Shown here: positions 17,340-26,256 of the stretch, one piece after another
How positions within the stretch are numbered: position 1 is the stretch's first letter
Layout: every line of letters starts with the position of its first letter
Assembly: GCA_031548325.1 (NCBI GenBank)
Contig: JAVBRE010000128.1
Span: forward strand, 1-47,815
DNA length: 47,815 nt
Reading direction: 5' to 3'
Source: Desulfovibrionaceae bacterium
Lineage (GTDB): Bacteria > Desulfobacterota > Desulfovibrionia > Desulfovibrionales > Desulfovibrionaceae
Program-made: the position numbers and the translations under genes
Notes under the pieces: model-generated
What the model was told of the DNA's origin: nothing
What the model saw: the letters and a program-made list of their open reading frames with translations, nothing else
The model's database searches: none

Positions 17340-20300
17340 TCAGCCGTAATATTCCTGAATGCTGCGCACGGAGAGTCCGTGTTTTTTCGAGTCCGCAAGC
17401 GCCAGCGCGCAGGCTTTGGCCCCGGCCAGGGTCGTGCAGTAGGGCACGCCATAGAGCAGCGCGCCCTGGCGGATGGCTTTCGAATCCAGAACCGTACGCT
17501 TGCCCGAAGCTGTGTTGATGACCAAGCTTACCTCGTTGTTCTTGATCAAGTCCACAATGTTGGGTCGGCCCTCGTGCACCTTGAGCACCTTCAGGCAGGG
17601 CACGCCGTTCGCCGCCAGCAGGGCCGCCGTGCCGGAAGTCGCCAGCACCTCGAAGCCCAGCTCGTAATAGAGCCGGGCAACATCGGTAACCGCGGCCTTG
17701 TCCCGGTCATTGACCGAGATAAAGACCTTGCCGCCTTGGGGCAGACGGCTTCCCGCGCCGAGTTGGGCCTTCATATAGGCTTCCTCGAAGCTGGGGGCGA
17801 TGCCCATGACTTCGCCGGTGGAACGCATTTCCGGTCCCAGCAGAATGTCCACGCCGGGGAAGCGGTTGAAGGGAAAAACCGCCTCTTTCACGGACATGAA
17901 GCCGCCCTTGCGGCCGGTTTCGATATTCAGGTCCGTCAATTTCGCGCCCAGCATGACTTGCACGGCCAGACGGGCCAGCGGCACGCCCGTGGCCTTTGAG
18001 ACAAAGGGCACCGTACGGCTGGCCCTGGGGTTGACTTCCAGAATATACACCGCGCCGTCCTTGACCGCGAACTGGATGTTCATAAGCCCCACCACCCGCA
18101 GCTCTTTGGCCAGGGCCTTGGTCTGGCGGGTCAACTCGTCCGTGACTTCCCGGGGCAGAGTGTGCGGAGGCAGCACACAGGCCGAATCGCCGGAGTGGAT
18201 GCCCGCTTCTTCGATATGTTCCATGTTCCCCGCGACATAGGTGTCCGTACCGTCAGACAGAGCGTCCACGTCCACTTCGGTGGCCGATTCCAAAAAGCTG
18301 TCGATAAGTATCGGATGTTCGGGCGCGGTGGCCGCGATGATTTCCGCGAAACCCTCTTCCAGTTCCGCGTCGTCGTAAACAATGCGCATGGCCCGCCCGC
18401 CCAGCACGTACGAAGGCCGCATCAGCACCGGGTAGCCGATGGCCCGCGCGGCGGCCGCTGCCTCTTTCAGGGTCATGGCCGTGGCGCTTTCCGGCTGACG
18501 CAGGCCCAACTTGGCTATAAGAGCCTGAAAACGCTCTCGGTCTTCGGCCCGGTCGATGGCGTCGGGGCTGGTGCCCAGGATGGGAACCCCGGCGCGCATG
18601 AGCGGCACGGCCAGATTCAACGGGGTCTGGCCGCCGAACTGCACGATGACGCCTCTGGGTTGTTCTACAGCCACGATGGCCATGACGTCTTCAAAGGTCA
18701 GGGGTTCAAAGTACAGACGGTCGGAGGTGTCAAAGTCCGTGGACACGGTTTCCGGATTGGAGTTGACCATCACCGCCGTGCAGCCCAGGTCTTTGAGAAC
18801 GAAAGCCGCGTGGCAGCAGCAATAGTCGAACTCGATGCCCTGCCCGATGCGGTTGGGGCCGCCGCCCAGAATGATGACCGTATCCTTGCCCGCATCCCCG
18901 CCCCGGGCCGGGTTTGTCGACGCGCCCGCGGGTCTGCCGTAAGTGGAGTAGTAATAGGGGGAACCGCCCGAAGCCTTGCCCGCGTAGGTGGTCACCGGCC
19001 CGAACAGCGGGGCCAGATGGAACTGACCGGCAAGTTCCGCCACGTCCGATTCCGGCCGCTTCCACATCTCGGCCAACTGACGGTTGGAAAAACCCGCATC
19101 TTTGGCTTTGCGCAGCAGTTCGCCCAGTTCCGGGTTCTCCACGGTCATGGAGTTGGCCTTGGCAAAATCGCGGACTTCGCATTCCAGATCCACCAGCGAT
19201 CTGACTTCATTCAGAAACCAGGGATCAATGGCGGTTATCTCATTGATTTCGGCATTGCTCATGCCGGCCAGCATGGCCAGGCGCACATAAAAAATGCGGT
19301 TGGAATTGGGCGTGCGCAGTTTGGCGACAATTTCTTCCCTTTCCGGCAGCCGGGCGCGAAAATCGCGGCCCAGGCCCCCCGCGCCCACTTCCAGCGAGCG
19401 CAGACCCTTTTGCAAGGCTTCCTGAAAAGTCTTGCCGATGCTCATTGCCTCCCCCACGCTTTTCATGGACGTGGTCAGCTCGTCCTTGGCGCCGGGGAAT
19501 TTTTCAAAGGTGAAGCGGGGAATTTTCGCCACCACGTAATCAATATCCGGCACGTAGTCGGCCATGGTCATGCCGGGCCTGCTGCCCGCGATTTCCGACA
19601 GCGCATAGCCCACGGCCAGCTTGGCCGAGATGCGGGCGATGGGCACCCCCGTGGCTTTAGAGGCCAGCGCGGAAGAACGCGACACGCGCGGGTTCATTTC
19701 GATGACCACCAGCTCGCTCGTTTCCGGATGCATGGCGAACTGGATGTTCGCGCCGCCGCCCATCATGCCCACGGCGCGCATGATGGATTCGGAGGCTTTG
19801 ATCACGATGTCGATTTCCGCCGGGCTCAGGGTCATGGCCGGGGCCACGGTGATGGAGTCGCCCGTGTGCACGCCCATGGGGTCAAAGTTTTCAATGGTGC
19901 AGACAATGATGCAGACGTCCGCTCTGTCGCGGATGATTTCGATCTCTATTTCCTTCCAGCCGAGCACGGACTGTTCCAGCAGAATTTCGCCGGTCATGCT
20001 GGCGGCGAGGCCCCGCGAGGCGATTTCTTCCAGGTCTTCCAGGTTGTAGGCCACTCCGCCGCCCGCGCCGCCAAGGGTGAAACCGGGCCGGATAATGATG
20101 GGAAAAGGCAGCGTCGCGGCGATGGAACGCACGTCGTCCATGCTGTGGGCAATGGCGCTGGCCGGCATGGCAAGGTTGATGGAAGCCATGCATTCGCGAA
20201 ACAGCTCGCGGCTTTCCGCCCGCGCAATAACGTGGCGGTCCGCGCCCAGAAGTTCTACCCCGCATTCGTCCAGAACGCCCGCTTCCGCCAGTTTCAGGGC

Positions 20301-20594
20301 CGTATTCAGGGCCGTCTGCCCGCCCAGGGTGGGCAAAATGGCGTCGGGCCGCTCTTTGCGCACGATGGCGGCCACGGTTTCCAGTTCAATGGGCTCGATA
20401 TACGTGCGGTCGGCTAGGTTCGGGTCGGTCATGATGGTGGCCGGGTTGGAGTTGACCAGCACCACCTCGTAGCCTTCTTCTTTCAGGGCCTTGACCGCCT
20501 GGGTACCCGAATAGTCGAACTCGCAGGCCTGCCCGATGACGATGGGACCGGAGCCGATTACCATGATGCGTTTCAAATCCGTGCGTCTGGGCAT
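17340..20594 (-). CDS. carB: Carbamoyl-phosphate synthase large subunit
   Basis: 1084 aa with duplicated ATP-grasp halves (MVIGSGPIVIGQACEFDYSGTQA... / ILGGGPNRIGQGIEFDYCCCH) and a C-terminal MGS-like domain. Confidence 0.97.
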   Translation of the reverse strand: MPRRTDLKRIMVIGSGPIVIGQACEFDYSGTQAVKALKEEGYEVVLVNSNPATIMTDPNLADRTYIEPIELETVAAIVRKERPDAILPTLGGQTALNTALKLAEAGVLDECGVELLGADRHVIARAESRELFRECMASINLAMPASAIAHSMDDVRSIAATLPFPIIIRPGFTLGGAGGGVAYNLEDLEEIASRGLAASMTGEILLEQSVLGWKEIEIEIIRDRADVCIIVCTIENFDPMGVHTGDSITVAPAMTLSPAEIDIVIKASESIMRAVGMMGGGANIQFAMHPETSELVVIEMNPRVSRSSALASKATGVPIARISAKLAVGYALSEIAGSRPGMTMADYVPDIDYVVAKIPRFTFEKFPGAKDELTTSMKSVGEAMSIGKTFQEALQKGLRSLEVGAGGLGRDFRARLPEREEIVAKLRTPNSNRIFYVRLAMLAGMSNAEINEITAIDPWFLNEVRSLVDLECEVRDFAKANSMTVENPELGELLRKAKDAGFSNRQLAEMWKRPESDVAELAGQFHLAPLFGPVTTYAGKASGGSPYYYSTYGRPAGASTNPARGGDAGKDTVIILGGGPNRIGQGIEFDYCCCHAAFVLKDLGCTAVMVNSNPETVSTDFDTSDRLYFEPLTFEDVMAIVAVEQPRGVIVQFGGQTPLNLAVPLMRAGVPILGTSPDAIDRAEDRERFQALIAKLGLRQPESATAMTLKEAAAAARAIGYPVLMRPSYVLGGRAMRIVYDDAELEEGFAEIIAATAPEHPILIDSFLESATEVDVDALSDGTDTYVAGNMEHIEEAGIHSGDSACVLPPHTLPREVTDELTRQTKALAKELRVVGLMNIQFAVKDGAVYILEVNPRASRTVPFVSKATGVPLARLAVQVMLGAKLTDLNIETGRKGGFMSVKEAVFPFNRFPGVDILLGPEMRSTGEVMGIAPSFEEAYMKAQLGAGSRLPQGGKVFISVNDRDKAAVTDVARLYYELGFEVLATSGTAALLAANGVPCLKVLKVHEGRPNIVDLIKNNEVSLVINTASGKRTVLDSKAIRQGALLYGVPYCTTLAGAKACALALADSKKHGLSVRSIQEYYG

Positions 20595-20617
20595 AATCCG
20601 TCCTTTAGAGTTAGTAA

Positions 20618-20791
20618 CGCTTGAAATAGCCGCTTAACGGCGAGCCAAGTTGATTCGGGCCATCCTGGCCCTCACCCCTTCGGGGCGGCTTTGCCGTCCA
20701 ATTCCGCTGTCCTGCGAAATTGTCGCCTGCGCCTATTTCGCGGCAAGAATTTGAGGGCAATCCTTGCGGGCATTTTGAGTCTGAAATGCTC
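20618..20791 (+). repeat. Structured intergenic repeat, family R, copy R2 (longest, with about 60-90 bp extra insert; partly degenerate hairpins)
   Basis: cgcttgaaatagccgcttaacggcgagccaag ... cgcctatttcgcgg ... gggcattttgagtctgaaatgctc aligns by eye with R1 and R3. Confidence 0.55.
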
Positions 20792-21062
20792 CGGCCCTAA
20801 GGGCGTAAAAAAAGCAGGTCCGTTGCACGGCCTGCCGATCAAAAGCGTGAAGGGAAAGGGAATGGTAACGGCACAGCGTTGCCGAGCAACTGGGTATAGC
20901 CCAGGACAAAAGCCCTTGCAAGTTTTCCGGACCTCTTTTTTAAGAAATGTTGTCGAAAAATTGCACTGACACATGGCAACGGACATAAAAACATGCTATC
21001 GTTTCAAGGTAGACCATCATGTCCGCTGTTCAGGGCATTATGGCATCGTGCCTGGTACTCAT

Positions 21063-21093
21063 TTCATAAATCGGCCATTGGCCGATTTATGAA
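21063..21093. promoter_or_regulatory. Perfect 15+1+15 palindrome (ttcataaatcggcca t tggccgatttatgaa); operator-like
   Basis: Read directly from the sequence. Lies about 135 nt upstream of the ATG at 21226. Confidence 0.4.
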
Positions 21094-21179
21094 GATCGCT
21101 CCGCCGAAAAGCGTGGTTTTCGGCTCGCTCACGCCGCCGCCTGCGGCGCGCCGGACTGCCGCCCGGCGTTAGAAGCCAC

Positions 21180-21197
21180 TTCATAATGAATTATGAA
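21180..21197. promoter_or_regulatory. Second palindrome with the same half-sites (ttcataa-tgaa-ttatgaa)
   Basis: The outer 7-nt arms are identical to the outer arms of the 21063-21093 palindrome. Lies about 30 nt upstream of the ATG at 21226. Confidence 0.4.
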
Positions 21198-21225
21198 ATG
21201 ACTTCTATTCAAAAGGGGGATTTTT

Positions 21226-21837
21226 ATGAACGGGCTTACAAAATATTTTCTTTTCCTGTTTGCCGCCTCGCTGCTCACCCTGGCCTTTTCGCCCGAATCC
21301 GCGCCGGCCGAGACCCGGCGGAGGCAAGAACAAAAAACCGTTGTCTTTACCTTGTATTCCGACGATACGCCCATACAGGGGGCTGTTCTCTCGCTGCACG
21401 ACAGGGTGGGGCTCGAACTGGAACGGGGCGAAAGCGACAGCCTGGGCCAGGTTTCCCTGCGCTACGTCGAAGGCGGCAGAGAACTGCGCCTGAAGATTCC
21501 GGGCGAGGCAGAGCGCGTCGTACGCCTGCCCGCCGGCCTGGCTGAACGGGGCGGCGACGTGGAATACAGGCGGGTGCGGCCGGGTGTGCCCTTTACCCTG
21601 GAACTTGGGGTCATCAGCGGAACGGGTTATACTTGGGAGTTGGCGCCCGGAGGCGACGTGCGCCAGACTGGGTCGGAAGTCATCTACAGCACCCGGAGCA
21701 AACTGCTCGGCGCCGCGGCCGGGCAGCGGCTGACCCTGGTCGCGCCCGCGGACCAGGGTCAGGCTTTGCTGGTATACCGGCGCTCTTGGGAACACAATGT
21801 TCTTCCGATTCGCTGGCGCGTGCTGCTGCTTGGATAA
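21226..21837 (+). CDS. Secreted protein with a C-terminal chagasin-family (I42) cysteine-peptidase-inhibitor domain
   Basis: Signal peptide MNGLTKYFLFLFAASLLTLAFS. The C-terminal half has SGTGYTW (NPTTGYxW-like), LGAAAGQ (GxGG-like) and YRRSWE (RPWE-like) loops. RBS GGGGGA. Confidence 0.6.
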   Translation: MNGLTKYFLFLFAASLLTLAFSPESAPAETRRRQEQKTVVFTLYSDDTPIQGAVLSLHDRVGLELERGESDSLGQVSLRYVEGGRELRLKIPGEAERVVRLPAGLAERGGDVEYRRVRPGVPFTLELGVISGTGYTWELAPGGDVRQTGSEVIYSTRSKLLGAAAGQRLTLVAPADQGQALLVYRRSWEHNVLPIRWRVLLLG

Positions 21838-21936
21838 ATTGACAGCCGCCGGGTTTTGGGTCAGCATATATGCCTGCTCCGGCGGCCGGACGCGCGCCTT
21901 GCGCGTCCGGCCAAAGCTGCCGCGCAAGGAGAAAAG

Positions 21937-22695
21937 ATGGATACTCCCAAACGCGTCGCCGTCATTACCGGCGCCAGTTCCGGCATAGGCCGGGCCGTGG
22001 CCCTTGCTCTCGCGGCCGACTGGTTTTATGTGGCCGTCTTCGCCCGACGGCAAAAAGAACTGGCGGAAACCGTGGCCCTGGCCGGGGCGGATTCCGCGCG
22101 CATGCTGGCCCTTGTCGGCGACGTGACCGACGAGAATGCGGTGAACGAGCTTTTTGCCGCGACCTTGCGTGAATTCGGCCGCGTCGACCTTTTGTTCAAC
22201 AACGCGGGCGCCAATTTGCCGCCAACGCCGCTGGAAGACATCCCCTCGGCCGAGTGGCGGCGGGTCATCGACGTCAACCTGACGGGCAGTTTTCTTTGCG
22301 CCCAGGCGGCTTTTCGCGCCATGAAGGCCCAAAACCCCAAAGGCGGACGCATCATCAACAACGGATCCATCGCGGCCCACGCGCCGCGACCTCACGGCAT
22401 CGCGTATACGGCCTCAAAGCACGCCGTCAGCGGCCTGACCAAGGCCCTCAGCCTGGAAGGACGCGAACACGGCATCAGCTGCTGCCAGATCGACATCGGC
22501 AACGCGGCCGTCGAACGCACCGAGGTCATGGAACGGGGCATGCTGCAGGCCGACGGTTCCATGCGGCCCGAACCGCGCATGGATGTGGATCTGGCGGCCC
22601 GGACCGTGGTGTATATGGCCCATCTGCCCAAGGACATCTGCGTGCCGTCCATGATCATCATGCCCAATACCATGCCTTTTCTGGGCCGGGGTTGA
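21937..22695 (+). CDS. SDR-family oxidoreductase
   Basis: VAVITGASSGIGRAVALAL (TGxxxGxG), NNAG, and YTASKHAV (YxxxK). ATG 21937 follows AAGGAGA. Confidence 0.85.
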   Translation: MDTPKRVAVITGASSGIGRAVALALAADWFYVAVFARRQKELAETVALAGADSARMLALVGDVTDENAVNELFAATLREFGRVDLLFNNAGANLPPTPLEDIPSAEWRRVIDVNLTGSFLCAQAAFRAMKAQNPKGGRIINNGSIAAHAPRPHGIAYTASKHAVSGLTKALSLEGREHGISCCQIDIGNAAVERTEVMERGMLQADGSMRPEPRMDVDLAARTVVYMAHLPKDICVPSMIIMPNTMPFLGRG

Positions 22696-22727
22696 ACGGG
22701 CGGATCGCGGACAATTACTTCGTCAAA

Positions 22728-22824
22728 GAGCTTTTTTTCAAGCAGAGGCTGGACTCTTCCGTCCTCCCCTGCTTGAAAAAAGGCGAGCAACGCAGTCCAA
22801 ACGGAATAAATCAGCGCTTCCCTA
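22728..22824 (+). repeat. 97-nt hairpin-containing element, copy IR-L (REP/MITE-like, probable bidirectional terminator)
   Basis: Contains ttttttcaagcag ... ctgcttgaaaaaa (13-bp stem). It equals the reverse complement of 24442-24538 with 4 mismatches by hand alignment. Its last 3 nt are the azlD stop codon. Confidence 0.8.
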
Positions 22825-23160
22825 TACATATCCGAAAAAAAATCGAAGAGACGCCACGCAGGCCATCCCCGCCGCCACCGTGCCGAAAAAACTGCGCGTC
22901 GCGAACCAGGCCATGATCGTGGGCAGCGCGGCCAAAAGAAAAGCGTTGTCCAAAGAGATATCCAGCACGGGCAGCCCTTCCCGTTTGCCCAGAACCAGGG
23001 CCGGCAGCAGCAGGGCCGACAGCACGGCCGGAGGAATGAGCTCCAGCCAGCGCCCCACCACGGGCGGCAGTTTGCGCGATGAAAGCAGCAACAGCGGCAG
23101 GGCGCGCGGAATATACGTCACAAAGGCCATGCCTCCGATAAGCAGCACAAGGTCAGGCAT
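22822..23160 (-). CDS. azlD: Branched-chain amino acid transport protein AzlD
   Basis: 112 aa with 3-4 TM helices, immediately downstream of and overlapping azlC. Confidence 0.75.
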   Translation of the reverse strand: MPDLVLLIGGMAFVTYIPRALPLLLLSSRKLPPVVGRWLELIPPAVLSALLLPALVLGKREGLPVLDISLDNAFLLAALPTIMAWFATRSFFGTVAAGMACVASLRFFFGYV

Positions 23161-23908
23161 GGTCCTTCCTTTCCCGCAGGATCATGCAGGCGGTGACGCC
23201 TGTGGCCGCGGCGAGCGTGGCGACGATCACGCTCCAGTCCTTGGCCCCGGCCAGAGTCAGAAACACCGATACGCCTCCGCCGACGAGAGCTGCCAGCACC
23301 CGTCGGGGAATGCGGCAATGCGGCAGCAGCAGGGCCAGAAACATGGCCGGCAGCGCGTAATCCAGCCCCAGGGGCCGCACGTCGCCGATGCCGCCGCCCA
23401 AAAAAGCCCCCACCCCGCCACCCAGAGCCCAGACCAGATGGGCCGTGACGTTGACGCCGAAGACCTCCCCCTTGTCCACGCCGCGCGCGGCAAAGCGGCC
23501 CATGTGCAGGGCAAAAGTCTCGTCCGTCAGTTCCATGCTGAACAGGGCCTGGTGCAGGGGTTTCCAACTGGCCAGGTGGGGCGTGACCGCCGCGGACATG
23601 AGCAGGTGGCGCAAGTTGACGACAAAAGTGGTCAGAATGATCGACGGCGCGCCCAGGCCCGCCATGAGCATGTCCACGGCGATCAGCTGCGAGGACCCCG
23701 CGTAGACGAAAAGGCTCATCAGCCCGGCCTGGAGCGGGTTGAATCCCGCCTTGTCCGCCAGCACGCCAAAGGCGAAGGCCACGGGCAGATAGCCCAGCAG
23801 CAGGGGCAGCGCAAGGCGCATTCCCCGGCCGAAGCCCCGCCAGGTAAAGGCCGCTTCGAAATTATCTGATGCCGTATTATTTGCCATAACGGCCTTTTGC
23901 GGTATCAT
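23153..23908 (-). CDS. azlC: AzlC-family branched-chain amino acid transporter/permease
   Basis: GYLPVAFAFGVLA...VYAGSSQLIAV...NLRHLLMS are AzlC-like blocks. Alternative ATG at 23887. Confidence 0.8.
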   Translation of the reverse strand: MIPQKAVMANNTASDNFEAAFTWRGFGRGMRLALPLLLGYLPVAFAFGVLADKAGFNPLQAGLMSLFVYAGSSQLIAVDMLMAGLGAPSIILTTFVVNLRHLLMSAAVTPHLASWKPLHQALFSMELTDETFALHMGRFAARGVDKGEVFGVNVTAHLVWALGGGVGAFLGGGIGDVRPLGLDYALPAMFLALLLPHCRIPRRVLAALVGGGVSVFLTLAGAKDWSVIVATLAAATGVTACMILRERKDHA

Positions 23909-23964
23909 GAAGCCTTCTTTCTTACAATCCGCTTTTCCGGCGCAGCCGGCGCAAGGAGGCTTTC

Positions 23965-24444
23965 ATGTCCAACGCCATCGTCCATGCCCAGCGGGGCAAT
24001 TTTGAGTTCGCCTTCTCTCTGGCCATGCAGTTCATCGAAACCTGCCCCGAAGAGATCTGGCGCGAGAAATTCGGCGGCTGGCCCGTCTGGCAGCAGATGT
24101 ACCACGGCCTTTCCGCCACGAACTTCTTCATTATTCCCGCCGGGGCGGAATCGGACCCCGGTCCCTGTCCCGAAGGAACGAGCCTTTCCGCCGTGGCCGA
24201 ATGCGCCGCGCCCACCAAGACGGCCATGAAGCTGTACGCGCAAAAGGTGAAGGCGGCGGCCGACGCCTGGATCGGCTCTTTGAACGACGCGGCGCTGCCC
24301 CAAATACACGAGGGCGCGTCCGCCCGCATGAAGCGCGAGTTCAGCAACGCGGGCATCATGGTGCTGCTCACCGGCCACCTGCTCTACCATCTGGGCGGCT
24401 GTGACGCGGCCCTGCGCCAGCACGGCCTGAAAGGCGTATTTTAG
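23965..24444 (+). CDS. DinB-like (four-helix-bundle, putative metal-dependent) family protein
   Basis: 159 aa. His-containing motifs WQQMYHGL and TGHLLYHLGG resemble the DinB-superfamily His triad. Assignment is tentative. Confidence 0.45.
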   Translation: MSNAIVHAQRGNFEFAFSLAMQFIETCPEEIWREKFGGWPVWQQMYHGLSATNFFIIPAGAESDPGPCPEGTSLSAVAECAAPTKTAMKLYAQKVKAAADAWIGSLNDAALPQIHEGASARMKREFSNAGIMVLLTGHLLYHLGGCDAALRQHGLKGVF

Positions 24445-24538
24445 GGAAACGCCGATTTATTCCGTTTGGACTGCGTTGCTCGCCTTTTTTCAAGCAGGGC
24501 AGGACGGAAGAGTCCAGCCGCTGCTTGAAAAAAAGCTC
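24442..24538 (-). repeat. 97-nt hairpin-containing element, copy IR-R (inverted relative to IR-L)
   Basis: See IR-L. Its first 3 nt (TAG) are the stop codon of the DinB-like gene. Confidence 0.8.
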
Positions 24539-24631
24539 GCGCCTTGCCAAACAAAAAAACTCGGCCTTTCCGAAAGGCGAATGAATCAGCGCTTCCGTAA
24601 AGGAACGCGATGCCCCTTGATCCCGCGACAG

Positions 24632-24685
24632 GTGAAGGCGTTTTTCCGTAACAGAAAAACGCCTTCACTCTTTTCTTTTATTTTA
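24632..24685 (+). terminator. Strong rho-independent terminator at the left edge of the low-G+C island
   Basis: gtgaaggcgttttt-ccgtaacag-aaaaacgccttcac (14-bp perfect stem) followed by tcttttcttttatttta. Confidence 0.7.
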
Positions 24686-25024
24686 TCAAGCAGATGCCGA
24701 ACCTATGCTCTACCTGAACAGGCTCCAAAACCTGGTGAATACTTGCCGAAACCAAAACTGCCGATTGCCGCTTAACATGGCGTCCGAATTTGACGACCTA
24801 CCCCAACCCGCCTCATAGGTATCCCCTATGGCCGGATACCAAATTATTATTTGCATCCCTTTTGATGATTATGCAACGAGATATATACCAGAAGGTGAAA
24901 TGCCGGCCTGTTGATGGCGGGAAACAAAAAATGTCACACGGTCAAATAAAGGAACGTGCGCAAAAGTGCGTCAATATGCAGAACCAACATCGTATTATGA
25001 CACGAAACAGATAAAGAGTAAATT

Positions 25025-26233
25025 ATGAAAAATTACGTCATAACAAGTGCGGTCAGAACAGCGGTGGGTGCTTACCTCGGTAGTTTAAAAACAGTTGAAG
25101 CGCAGGATCTTGGCGCTGCCGTTCTCAAGGAAGCGCTCAGACGTTCCGGAGTAAAAGCGAAAGACGTGGATGAAGTCATCATGGGCGATGTATTCGGGTA
25201 TACGCCGAACGTTGCTAGGTGCGCTTCGCTTCTTGCCGGTATTCCCCAAGAAATTTCAGCGTACACTGTGGACAGGCAATGCGCGTCCTCGTTACAGGCT
25301 GTTGCGGGCGCAACGTATCAGATAGCCGCCGGTGAAGCGGAAATCGTTTTAGCCGGCGGCGTAGAAACCATGTCTCGTATGCTCTACAGTCTGCCGCCTT
25401 CAGCTAGATCCGAACCATTGCAGCTTGGCAACAAGATGCTTCATGATGCATTTACCCACGGCGTCAGTATTGCGCAACCGGTCTCTATGTTTCCGGATCT
25501 CAACATGGGTCTGACAGCGGAAAATGTGGCTGAAAAATATCAGATTACCCGCGAGGAGCAGGATAACTTCGCGCTGGACAGCATCCGCAAGATGAAGGCT
25601 GCGCAAGCGGAGGGAAAATTTAAAGAAGAGATAGTTCCCTTTGAAGTCGTGCTCCGAAAATCCAGTTTTATTTTTGATGCTGACGAACATCTCAGACCTG
25701 ACACCACTCTTGAAATACTTGCCAAGTTGCGGCCCGTCTTTAAAAAGGATGGCACGGTCACCCCGGGCAACTCTTCGGGAATGAATGACGGCGCTTCGGC
25801 CGTCGTGGTCATGAGCGAAGAAAAGGCGAGAAGCCTCGGGTGTAACCCTCTGGCCCGCATCCTGGCCACAAGCAGAGCCGGTGTTGATCCCCGCTACATG
25901 GGGCTTGGCCCTGTTCCGGCCATCAGGAAAGCTTTGGACAAAGCAGGACTTACCCTTGAAGACATAGACCTTTTTGAAATCAACGAAGCTTTCGCTGCCC
26001 AAAGCCTTGGATGCCTTAAAGAATTGGGAATGGATATGGGGACTGAGTTGTACAAACGAGTGAACGTCAACGGAGGAGCCATCGCCCACGGCCATGCTCT
26101 TGCCAGCAGCGGCACCCGCCTCATGACTACCGCAATCCATGAGCTAAAGCGGCGTAACGCTCGTTATGGAGTGGTCTCGTTGTGCATCGGCGGCGGCCAA
26201 GGCATGGCCGCCATCATTGAAAATTGTCAATAA
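25025..26233 (+). CDS. Acetyl-CoA C-acetyltransferase (thiolase II)
   Basis: 402 aa. VDRQCASSLQA (active-site Cys), NVNGGAIAHGHALASSG and SLCIGGGQGMA are C-terminal thiolase signatures. Confidence 0.9.
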   Translation: MKNYVITSAVRTAVGAYLGSLKTVEAQDLGAAVLKEALRRSGVKAKDVDEVIMGDVFGYTPNVARCASLLAGIPQEISAYTVDRQCASSLQAVAGATYQIAAGEAEIVLAGGVETMSRMLYSLPPSARSEPLQLGNKMLHDAFTHGVSIAQPVSMFPDLNMGLTAENVAEKYQITREEQDNFALDSIRKMKAAQAEGKFKEEIVPFEVVLRKSSFIFDADEHLRPDTTLEILAKLRPVFKKDGTVTPGNSSGMNDGASAVVVMSEEKARSLGCNPLARILATSRAGVDPRYMGLGPVPAIRKALDKAGLTLEDIDLFEINEAFAAQSLGCLKELGMDMGTELYKRVNVNGGAIAHGHALASSGTRLMTTAIHELKRRNARYGVVSLCIGGGQGMAAIIENCQ

Positions 26234-26256
26234 ATCGCCAAACTGAGGGACTGGAA

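Noticed and set aside
18162-20417. 751-aa ORF antisense to carB. The same pattern recurs at 5638-6978, 8149-9195, 9395-10831, 10974-12224, 12146-13768, 28219-29658, 29662-30912, 42480-43592, 44509-45987 and 46439-47431.
   Set aside because: These are long shadow ORFs opposite well-supported genes in high-G+C DNA. Their translations are Arg/Gly/Ala/His-rich, with no recognisable domains and no RBS context. This is a classic compositional artefact.
20672-20986. ORFs of 92-104 aa in the carB upstream region (20672-20986 minus strand, 20691-20969 plus strand)
   Set aside because: They lie largely inside the family-R repeat copy and its flank, have no RBS and have repeat-derived, low-complexity translations.
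21186-21545. 119-aa ORF overlapping the start of the I42-inhibitor gene in another frame
   Set aside because: The 21226 frame has the RBS, a signal peptide and the chagasin-like motifs. The overlapping frame is Arg/Gly/Pro-rich shadow sequence.
24790-25014. 74-aa ORF just upstream of the thiolase gene
   Set aside because: It has a non-ATG start, no RBS and a composition typical of AT-rich spacer. It more likely covers the promoter/operator region of the thiolase operon, which includes a ttgcat-N14-atgcaa inverted repeat at 24851-24876 that I consider too weak to call.
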